Shown here: in pieces, positions 53,098 to 64,000 of the stretch
How the letters are laid out: the number at the start of each line of letters is the position of its first letter
Position numbering within the stretch: the first letter of the stretch is position 1
Origin: Balanoglossus misakiensis
Lineage: Eukaryota > Animalia > Hemichordata
Reading direction: 5' to 3'
DNA length: 64,000 bases
Assembly (NCBI GenBank): GCA_040954595.2
Contig: CM082582.2
Location: 13,824,154-13,888,153 of the forward strand
Translations under genes and position numbers: made by a program
The notes under the pieces: generated by a model
Told to the model about the DNA's origin: nothing
Database searches by the model: none
Seen by the model: the letters and a program-made list of their open reading frames with translations, nothing else

Positions 53098-54744
53098 TTA
53101 ATGAGTTGAATCTTCGTCCCTTTTCGTTACCATGGATTCCTATGGACAGTAATAACGACAATTTCTGTATGCACAGATCTGTGAAAACACAATTGTGTAT
53201 ATGGTATTTATTATAATATAAAAGTGTTGGAAGAGAAAACAACCAGTCAATAACTTTTTAGTGTCATATCTTATAGTTTACCTTGACTTTCGTTCTGAAG
53301 GATTTTCTTGGGGCACAGCTTTGTCTTTAGGAAAACGTGTCCAGAATTCCAATCATTAGCTGGGCCATTATCAAAGCTTTTTATATAAATTAAAAGGTAC
53401 CTAATCATTTTCATTGAAGCGATAATAGTAGATTTAAAGCAGTGCCGTAGAAACGTGTGAAGATGTACTTTTCGACAATATGAAGCAAATGCATGTTGGC
53501 AAATTGATCTGGGAGTTGATGTCGTACCGAGCTGACTTCTTAGTTTAAGTATGGGTCTAGTTTCCAACCCTAGAACAGTTGTTCACATGTACTGAGTTCG
53601 ATATTACAATTCAACCGAATTACTCAGTGTGTGAATGCATGAGGCCATTACACACACACACATAAACACATACAGATATTTAATATATAGAATTAGATGA
53701 GTATTATTGTAATTATTCTACGGCCACACAATGAACAACAACTATGCACTAATTTTGGGAAAGGCCATTAATTTTAATGCAAGATCTAAGGAAGGGTTAC
53801 TGTTTTTCATGCATCTAGATTTTATAAATCATCAGCTCCTGTCTCCATAGTATCCTGGCATTTACCTTCTGATTATTTTATTCCAAAGTGAAATGTCAGC
53901 ATATATTGAGGTCATCTAACGTTAACCGGTGACATGTTTACGGTGAGATGAGAGCGTGTGTCCAGAGCGTTTTCGGCCGTATTTAACAAACAGGGTCTAA
54001 CTGCAGGCAAACAAACCCATCAAACTTGTATCACATATACGAGACACTGATTTAAAACATCAGGACTTATTAACTGTTCGTTCTTTCATCTGGATTTTGT
54101 TTGGTTTCCAGAAACAAGGATGTGTGTTAGCAATAAACAGCCAATGGCATGTAAATTGCGAAAGATGTTTCAATAGACAAGAATCCACACAAAATCAGTT
54201 TTTGCCTGCATTTTTTGATCATTTTTTTCACCGAAATGACATGTGTTAGTTTTCACCACCCTTTCGAAAGCAAAAACATATTTCACGGTCAGTACATCCA
54301 GCAAATCATCGTGGATGATTGATTATGGCATATATTGGAATAAAACAATTGAATATGAAAGGCACACGTATATATGTTAATAAAGCACATGAATTGACTT
54401 TTAGGTTCATGAATCTAAGTATCACCTGACAGTGAGTTTTATATCGATTTAAATATTTCCGTATGACACCATCTGTTTTGCGTCAAATATATCAAAGTCG
54501 TAGTCATAGAAACATATCAGTCACCTGGTCGGCCTTCTTTTTCAAAATATTAATTATAACAACGCCTCAGTGCCAAACGATATCCCCTTTTAAGCATGTA
54601 ATGTTTGTTTGTTTGTTGTACCGATAATTATTACTATTATAATATGCTTGGTGTGAATCCAGCTCACTGATTGGCTGGAGCAGGGGTTTATATTCTCGAC
54701 AAGAAGACCTAGTACCTGGACCCTGAACAGTGAATAGTTTTTAA

Positions 54745-55142
54745 AAAGTAACCGAACATGTAGAAGAGAACGCGCCTGAATAGAACACATTTTATGAATT
54801 CTATTGGCGGTGGCATAAAATCGCGTGACTTTAGAAATTCTGGAACACGTTTTCACGAGCTCAGCTTGCGTGTTCTGGAACAGTGTGCGACGAGGCCCTT
54901 GAACAAGCGTGATTTATTCCCAACCAAACAACGGATTTGAAAAAAGGAAATTGTTTATCTTTATCAAGCAAAATCATATTATAATTAGGTTATAAACGGT
55001 GCGCTCGGGTATTTGGTACGGATATAAGACCTCTCAGGTGAAAATTAGCATAATTGGGTTAAATAATCGCGAGGTGATGCTAATTTTCACCTGAGAGGTC
55101 TTATATCCGCAACCAAATACCCTCGCTAGCCATTTATAACCT
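54745..55142 (-). mobile_element. Element with 156-bp terminal hairpin and GTCACGCG...CCAAT tail, minus orientation (Crypton-like non-autonomous, tentative)
   Basis: Palindrome 54987-55142 (GGATATAAGACCTCTCAGGTGAAAATTAGCA / TGCTAATTTTCACCTGAGAGGTCTTATATCC). ATTGG at 54803 and CGCGTGAC at 54822. A short relic TTCACCTGAGAGGTCTTA recurs at about 57717. Confidence 0.65.
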
Positions 55143-58100
55143 CTAAATACAAATCAAATTGGATGGGGTACACTTCAGCCGTAGACTTTTACAACACGAG
55201 TCTGTTGAAATTCTTGGTCAATATTCCTCTTTTTTTTGGATAAAAAACTTGTATAGTGTTAAAAAGCGATTGTCAAAATCAATAGTTTAGTTTTTCGCTT
55301 GTTTTATTAATGAAATTAGTCTCCTAAACCGAACAACTACTACCTACAAATTTGTATATACCAGTGACATGACAAAAACATTGTAGCTACATTTTTTACA
55401 CCAATGACATGGTACAGCTATACTGTGATTACACCTCATACAATTAGATTATAGAATTACAGACTTCCGTGAATATGATGTACTTTGGCCTAGATATATA
55501 ACACTGAAATAATACTGCTTATATCTACAATTACATGTGCAACTACTATATAGAAGAGGGTGTGAAACTGTCAATTGATACAACTGTTATAGATCTGCTT
55601 AAGCAGTGTTATATAGGTGGAAACGATACTATAATTTCGTATGTCACACGTGCCCAACACGTTCACCAATATCAGGGGGGGGGGGGGGTATATCAAATAC
55701 TTGTATCATTGATTTAGTGAAGTGCGACTGTTATGGATTAACAGTCAGCAAATTTCTGTTCGCTCAGAGTGGTGGTGTCAAAGCTTCAGATAACAAGTAT
55801 TTCCACCATTTTGTGGATCAGGGCCCTTAAGTTATCCACCATTACATATTAGTGAGGGTGTTTACTTCCAAGATTTGACATACAATTGTGTAGACAAGTC
55901 TGGCCGTTTGTTTCAGAATTCCACCTATGCCATTTTAAAATTTATTCATGGGCTTCCCACTCCAACAGCTAAAGCCTTGTAACTTAATAGAGAGATAACA
56001 TCAAATTTTGCACAGCACAAGAGTGATAGAGATGTTTACAAATGCCAGGAAGCAACTACAACATTACCATGATGTTGTAGAGAGAATGTGTTGATTGGCT
56101 TGACGGGAATTGACAGTTTAATCAAACTTAAAACTTAATCTCAGCCATATGAGTAAGTGTTTCAATATGTCTCAAATCCATTTGTACATAATTGCTGGAT
56201 GCTGGAAGCACTTCCAGTGTCTCGTGTGAAATATGCATATTTCATTTTTCCTTTGTTTTTCACTTTCCAGTGATGTGAATATGTTTTCTTTTGCAAAAGC
56301 AAATGTTCGAACACCTCTTTCGTTATTTTCTGTTATCGCAGATATTGCACTAACATTTCTTCTCAATTCTTTATTTCCTGAATCCTAGCTGTGTAGTGTA
56401 TATCTTTGTTCAGATCTCAGTTGAGATGTGTATGTTGACTGAATGAAAATGTTGTGAATATAATAGAGAGGCAAGAAATTAACAGTGAGTTTACACAGAT
56501 CATTAAAATTTGGAACAATGGTAGAATGAAAGTATTGACGACTCTACAGCCACACAGGACCAACCGTTTATATTATCAGCAATGATGAATGAGTATATCA
56601 TGTTGACCAGAAAACTCTGTGAATAAGCTATTGATAATTACTTCTTACAAATAAGCAAGCATGCCTCATTAGACATTACGGAGTATCGGAGTTAATATAG
56701 ATTCAATCGATTTGACCTCTTGTCAGGTCAATGAGATAATTGTGTTCAGGCGTTTCAATTAATACTACAGACACGCAAAACCACGCTGCGCACATCGGCA
56801 ACTGCCTTTGAGAGAGGAAATAACGAAGTCTATATTGTTATAAATCTTTTATCATTGAAAAAATAAACAATTTCTGACTGTGAAGAAAAGCCAGTAAAGT
56901 GCTTGATATCAACCGAATCAACCTGTTACCATGGGAACAACACGGTGTGCGTCATCGTTCAAATGTTATTGTTAGAAGGCGTGATGTTTTGTGGAGTTGG
57001 AAGTGAGACTGAAATACCGCGCTAGACGACGACAATCAAAATTCTATTCTGCCTGTGTGTAAATTTAATAGGATGAATACTCATTCCGGTCATTATATTA
57101 CGTGATATAACAGATGATGTCATTTCCACAATTTGCTATCGATTAACCTGTGTTTGCCGACGTTGTCATATTAAGCTTCAAGTGTATGCTTGGACTTGTG
57201 TGAATTACTATGATGATCATGATTTCTACCTTTGTATTACATTTATATTGTTGACATATTTTGTCAATTCTGTGATGGGAAGTATGTGAAAATTAACAAT
57301 AAATTAAACAGTCACCCATTGTGTGTGACCTGCTCCTTATAGGGTTTGAATTATGGCAGAATGTTTTTTTTGCCCGATCCCATGGCTAGACTGTGTATTC
57401 GGTTCCAGTCAGTGCAAGTTATGTGTCTTTCACAAAACTGTTTAATATCTTTCAATGCAATCACTACCCCATCTGCACCTAGTTACATCATCTTGGGACA
57501 GAATGTACGGATATACCTCACATTGGTACAAATGTTCATTATTTAAATAAGCATTTTGTCAAAACTATATTTCTCATCAAAGACAATACGAAAGCCTCCA
57601 CTAATCATATCTTATCATAACATTACTTTTTTTTTGATCTACATGTATGAGGCTACTTTACTCATGACCAGAAGTTTGCTACGTTTTAATAACTAATTCT
57701 GTCAGATATACTATTCTTCACCTGAGAGGTCTTACATTTTGTATATCTGCAACTGCCGTTTTTAACCTCTAAAATTCGCACATATGCAATTCAAATGACC
57801 CACCCTTTAAGATGATTTGGCTAATGTCGAGCCAGATTGATATGATACATATTTATCATTTATCACTTAAGAGAACAGAGAAATATATATAAAAAATGGC
57901 TACAATTACTGCCCTCTGAAGCGCATCGTGTTATGGCAATCAATTTCATCGAGGTAGTGCATACATATCCATGTTATAGAAAAAAGCGATGAAATCAGTA
58001 CTAAGTTTGTACATGAAAGACTAACAAGGCATCTACATGCATCAATAGAGATAGCGCTAGTCAGTTTGCAAGTGTTTTTGACAGCTGAATGAACTTCTAA

Positions 58101-61100
58101 GATACAAATATTATAAACTCCTGTAAACTTAAAATAGTAACTGGGCTGTTTAACTCTCATTTGTATTCTAATTTTAATACAGACATCAACCATAGAGATG
58201 GTATCTGTTCTTGTCGATTTAGGGTTAGAAAAGTCGGGGCTTTTCAAAACACTGCGACTAAGAAGTAATTATTCATCATCTGACTGTCGGCAAATTCCAA
58301 TTGCCCGAATATTTTGAAATCATATTATCCTGTTTTCATCATAGACCAAGCGACATTGTATTAATTATCACTATAACATGATGATAAATGTAATCGTACT
58401 GATTCCCTATAGCAAAGAGTTCAAGGTCAAAGAAATATTATTCAGCTAAGAGAAACCTCATTGTTGCACATGCAAATTAGTTATAGGCCTATTATGATAA
58501 CATCCCATGGAGAACATGAATTATCAGTTTATACTATTGTCTTTCTGAAATACTGAAATTACAGAAATATGAAGCTATGTGCGTACAAATGCCGCTGTAG
58601 GCTCCAGAGATCATCGTAGCTAATATGTGCCAGCCAAAGTTTGAAGAATGCACACTGTTAGGATTTCCTGAAAGCAAATTTTTTTTTAGTTGTAATGCAA
58701 AGGCTGTTTTTTTATCACGGTTGACCGGCAACAATCTTTATTTCCCGCAAATTGATTCCCACATCACGCATTGCTCATCGGCCATTGTAATGAAGTCAAA
58801 CATGACACACATAAGATAAGGAGTCATATTTGTCATTAAATTGAATCTTAAATAGAAAACTTGTGAATATAAGGCTTGTACATAATTGTACATTGTCGGT
58901 AATTTTTTTTTTTAATATTTGCATCGACAGCTACTGGTCTCCACAATTTCGTTAGTAATTCTCGGAATACCCTTTATTGTGAAGATAGGAACATATACAA
59001 AAGACTGCTAAGTGCTAAATTACAAACATGCATCAGAATTTGTCGACTTGAGTAAATACATGTATGTATGGTACATCAGGAAATGTGATAAGGAGTATCG
59101 ATTTCCGCCACTACTATCTCAAGTACTGTAGCTAGCTTTTTTGTCTAGCTCTCCTCCAAAGCCGAACCGAAAAATACTCATTTCATTGGAAATCAGATTG
59201 GCTAAGTTCTTTTGATAAAATGACAGTTTTCCAGTTTGACAAGAACACTTTCCTACGGCATCTTTCAACAGTAACAGAATTTGTAGTGATAATAAAATAT
59301 ATGCACATGTCATATGCTAAGGTACTGATGGGTCAACAGTAGTGCCGCATCAAAGAATAATTGGTTTCAGTTGAAATACCATCATATATTTTTTTAAAGT
59401 AGTACTACTCCATCAAGAGTTGTCACATAACTTCTTCTGTCCATAAATGATACTGAACTAAATAGAGGTTGAAAAGTTAGAAATTACTGACAGGTTTCTA
59501 GAAATAAAGTTATGTTTAATACAAGCCTAGTATCTATCAAATATCCATCAAGCATTTCATTGGTCACATGGAATTGCCCATAAAAAGTCAAGGTCACTTG
59601 ACTGGAGATCACATTTTCATATTTATTATAGAACCAATACTATGCAATTTTCCCACCAAACCATATAAAGGGTGCTTTCTGTGAATACGTAAATCACAAC
59701 AATTTTTCAAGTTAATACATTCATTTATTTTAAATCTTTGAGTACTATGGATGACTGTACAGATTCATAAAGTGACAGCCACTGCGGAAGTATGGTTGTA
59801 TGTGTGAAAGAAATACTACGATAGACAACACATAGACAACACATGTAACATAGTACATTACACAGGCTTCACAAGAGGTTTCAATGTAGGTTGCCCTAAC
59901 CTTTTTAATGAATTGTTTTAACTGAGGAAAGTAGGACGGTTCTCATGGATAGTTTGTGGACTCCAATAAGTCCGTATCTATGCTCGCATATTGTCTGATC
60001 AAGAGTCCATGTGATAGATGCTTCTCCCAGGTATCTCACTTGCTGGTAGAAGCGCTCACACTGTGTAGTTTTGTCCAAATAGGCCTGGTAGTACTTGTGT
60101 ACATTAGACTGCTGATTATGTAATAGTCTTGGAGCAGTCTAGTTTATCAAAGCCATTTATGCGTGTGGTGGAATGAGGTTTTTGGTGTACTTCATATTTG
60201 CATTTTTCACCTGCATTGTTGTCTGCTTGCTTTGATGATTATTTGACTACATCAAGATGTTTGGTCTGCATTTATCTTACGCAGGAAGCTAAGTTTGAAG
60301 GAAGACAGAAGAAGACCACAAAAGTAGGCGGTTGACTTATTGTAGAAGCAAAACAACGGATATGAGATGATGGAGAGCCCCTTTCTGGTAAGGAAGCAAA
60401 CTGTAGGAAATGCAAATCAGCTTGTTGTGTTTGCTGGCTGCCATAAATTATCTTACAATTGCCAAGCAGTGTGGTGTGTAGTCAGGCTGCAATGGAGTGA
60501 ATGCAATTATCCCACCATCCTGCAGATTTTCTTGACAATGTAAACCAACCGCACTACACATATATTGACATGTTTTACACATTAGTGTGATATAAACGTC
60601 ACTGAAAGACATTTGTTTATTATTCACTTTAAGGTGATATACAAACTACTTGATTTCGAGCATAAAACCGATATTTCAAAATAATAGCGAAATACTAAGT
60701 GCATGTATAGCCAATGTGGTAATGATCATTGACAAGATAAGTAGACAATCATTCCACCATAAATACTGTAAGCGCGAAGTAATGTTTGATACCCCATTTT
60801 TCCTCTATCGATAACAAGCGTCAGAGCCTGTTGCAGTTTGAATGATTCCTAAGAATTGCAGATCAACTTGCATTTGTAGAAAAACATTTTCGGAATTCAA
60901 CATGAAACTGTTTGTATAAATTGGTATGGAGTATTATAAAAGTGTGGCCAATCTCTGTTAGTTTTTAAATGTGCGTTTTACCAACTGATTTAAACAATTT
61001 AAAATATACACAGGAAAATCTTAAGTGCACATCTTCTATAATTGAAACCATTTTGTACATCTCTGCTAAAATGCAGTTCGGGGCAGGTGCTGTACTCCTG

Positions 61101-62458
61101 AAAGAAATCATGAAACCATTCCCTAATTGCATCCATTTTGACCGAACGTAAATTGGTGTCATGACTCAGTCACCTTGTTCACTATGCCCTAATGGCAGTT
61201 CCTGTTAGACAGGCTCTTTAACTTTGTGCTTTTTCGCAATATGATGACACCACAGGCTTTTTATGGGAAACCCTGCATTCAGAATTTTGATAATTTCTTA
61301 TTCTTGTTAATGGTGCACACATCAGGTAGCACACAGCAGCATAATACCATATATGTAAACCCATTTTGCTGTTCGGAGTTGCTTGAGAAAATGAGACAAA
61401 GTTTATAGTAAAAAGTTTGGTATTAGTAAGTACTGGATCACTGCTATCAGAATGCCTTACACATATATTTTGGTGATGTACTAACCCATCGAGGTTTTGT
61501 CATTTTGCTGTTTACAGCGAATTGGCAGTTTACAACACTACAATTTGACTTTACTATATTTTGATGCTAATACAGTTCCTGTACTTTCATGTTGTGTCGC
61601 AAATGTTTAGCTCCAAGTCAATACCTGTTTTCTCAATGCAAGAATGTTATTGTCCAAAACGTATATTATAAGGGACACTTCCTGTTGATCATGCAAAACC
61701 CCTTGGCAAAACAAGCGCCATTGCAGTAATCCTCAGTTCAGACATCAGACAAGTTTATTCCAATTCTTTTGAATAAATGAGCTGCGTCAAAAAGTGCAGC
61801 AATATATGGAAATTTTCTCTTACTCGGTACACAAGCTTGCCTAACTGTCAAATGTGCATCATTTGCCGTTGACGTTATAATAAATTATAAAATTGAAAAG
61901 AGTCCCATTTGACCACTTTTTCTCAAAAAGTCAACTAAAAACTTAATGAGACAAATTTTTGGTTTTCAATTTTCTTTGTTCTTCAAAACAGTGAAAAAAA
62001 ACATCAAACAGTAATCAAAATAGCGCAAGATATTTGGCATTCTTCATAAAATTTGCCCTCATAAAAAGAAAATTAAAACGCCTTCATTTTCATTTACTCT
62101 TAATCTACGCTGAGTTATTTCTTTGATTCTTGGTAACTAAAACCACACTTCTTACATTAACGGCGATACAAATGCTAACCTGGTTATATCAGAAATTGTT
62201 TAGCTTTCGCTGTCTTTTAAACCGTTGGGCTATCCATATAAAACTTGAGTTTGCGCATTGTGTCGTTGCCCAAGACATATCACACCCCTTATATGAAAAT
62301 GGTTTTGCCCATGAAAGGAGTTCATTTAGAAAGCACTGGTAGCATTTTATTCTAATGTTCAACCTTTGGTGTATTGCAGATGATTCGCTCATGCTGACAG
62401 TACCAAGCTTGGATTGATTTCTGTTGTAGTCCGCTTCTATCAGAACAAGAGACAGTAC

Positions 62459-63245
62459 ATGGCTTTTATTGCCAAACGATTAGTATCATCTTTCATTCTT
62501 CAAACATTGTGGAAAATTTTAAATTTGAAAATGATTTTGATTTGCATATTCTTGGTTACAACGAATTATATTTTCACTGAAGCATTATCCACAACGCCCA
62601 CAGCAGTAACGGAAGATGGAATGTTGAGTTCGTCACCGGCATTATCCTCGTCTTTGGCTTTGACGACTGGATTGGCAACAACGTATTCGCGTTCGCCATC
62701 GAACAGTAGTATAAAGGACTATAAGCCGCATGGCTACAGAAATGAATCTGGGACAGGGAGAAAACAAAATGCGACTCATGAAGATGACGACAAAGTGGTC
62801 ATGTTTCTTCGCTATGTTGAGAAAGTGCAGGAAAACATTGATGATTGTAATCGTGGTACTGGGCAGCGCCTTCCAGAAGGGGAGTATAATACAGATCGGT
62901 TCCGGGAACAGGCTACGCTAGCCGTCAATTTTGCTAATTTCCTGACTAGAATCTGGAAAGACCCCACCTTGGAGTCCGTACAACATTCACAAGAATTTTT
63001 CTACGTTGGCGTTCGATCTCTCCTGGACAGCAATAACCTAATATTTGCAGCAGGAAATTGCTACGATCGTTATGAGTTTGAAGACTTCAAGGAATTTTGT
63101 CCATACGCACACAGACTTCCTGATGGAAAGACACATGCCAAGGACCTTTCCCTAGAGTATCCATACCTAACCAACGACTCAGAATGGTTCTTCATGGCCA
63201 AGAAAAAAGCAGAGGCACTTCTCAGCAACTACAACAAAACCATAG
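62459..63245 (+). CDS. First coding exon of a GPR158/GPR179/CG31760-like class C orphan GPCR (extracellular Cache-like domain); gene continues beyond the window
   Basis: Long ORF with a hydrophobic signal-like segment (MILICIFLVTTNYIFTEALS, alternative start 62531), a Ser/Thr-rich linker, then RFREQATLAVNFANFLTRIW...FFYVGVRSLLDSNNLIFAAGNCYDRYEF...FCPYAHR...KDLSLEYPYLTNDSEWF, characteristic of this family's N-terminus. Donor G|GTAGG at 63245/63246. The start codon choice is uncertain. Confidence 0.82.
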
Positions 63246-64000
63246 GTAGGTTCAGATCACTTTGTCGTGAACGTCATTCTTGTTTTTAGTAAACCTCTAA
63301 TTTGACCAATTTATTATCCACAGGAAGCTGGCAGTCGACTTCCGTCCAGGTTCACATAAGGTTTGATTGTGTTTCCGGGAAGTCAGACATTCCAAATTAC
63401 ATTGTGATATTTTGGTGCTACGACCAATACAATTAAGCAAATAAAATACGGCACATTGGCAATTGCGACCTTATTATCTACGTAATCACAACCAATACCA
63501 TCTATCTAAGTGCTTTTCTCTGTGCAATATTTAATGAAGTTAATATGCATTTAAATGGCCATTTGGACAGAGTGGATATTTACAGAAGTGGTTCTCGTGG
63601 TGCATGCCATGATTTTGTATAATTCACTAAATAACTCAAATCAGAGTTTTCCATCTTCGGTGCTTTTCTCCTTGGAATGACTACGCTGTTGCAGCAATCA
63701 TTGCTGGTTTAGAAAGGTGTGTAAAAGGTTCCCGCCAACTGTTCCAACTTCGATCGGTATGCTTGTCAACAGTTTCTATCCTGTAAATAACCCATCGGCA
63801 GGAAATTTTAACATTCAGAGCATTTCCGACTTCAGTACAAATTAAAAGGTAACCATAGTGGATGTGACATCTGCAGGCTACTCTAAAGGAAGTTATTCGA
63901 TGAATTGCTCACCCAAATGCATCTTTTCACAAATCTGAAGCGAGTATAGACGATAAAGCTTGAGTACTTGCATAAATCTAGACAAAATACTGCAGGTTCA

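Noticed and set aside
1-64000. CRISPR arrays, prokaryotic operons or defence systems, rRNA/tRNA genes
   Set aside because: The sequence is intron-containing animal DNA. No regularly spaced repeat-spacer array or structural RNA signature was seen, and the palindromes are better explained as transposon derivatives.

Overview
Eukaryotic (animal) genomic DNA: AT-rich, with GT-AG spliceosomal introns. It is probably a marine invertebrate deuterostome such as a hemichordate or echinoderm; that taxonomic guess is inference only. Three protein-coding genes were read out by hand, all on the + strand. (1) A complete 13-coding-exon SLC6 Na+/Cl- monoamine transporter (8348-17788, about 666 aa) with noradrenaline-transporter and octopamine-transporter-like features. 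(2) A complete 5-exon rho-class (GST-A-like) glutathione S-transferase (19851-22176, 229 aa). (3) The first large coding exon of a GPR158/GPR179/CG31760-like class C orphan GPCR (about 62459-63245), which continues beyond the window. The most unusual object is a 1.2 kb TIR-bounded transposon relic in intron 7 of the transporter. It carries a THAP zinc-finger ORF and a convergent SAP-like ORF, an ISL2EU/Harbinger-type two-gene layout with the middle deleted. The 40 kb between the GST and the GPCR has no recognisable coding exons but holds many non-autonomous DNA-transposon-like elements: Kolobok-, Harbinger-, Academ-, Crypton- and Helentron-like elements and foldbacks. No rRNA, tRNA or CRISPR was seen. 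I did not find a clearly novel multi-gene system. Most short ORFs in the track are spurious.
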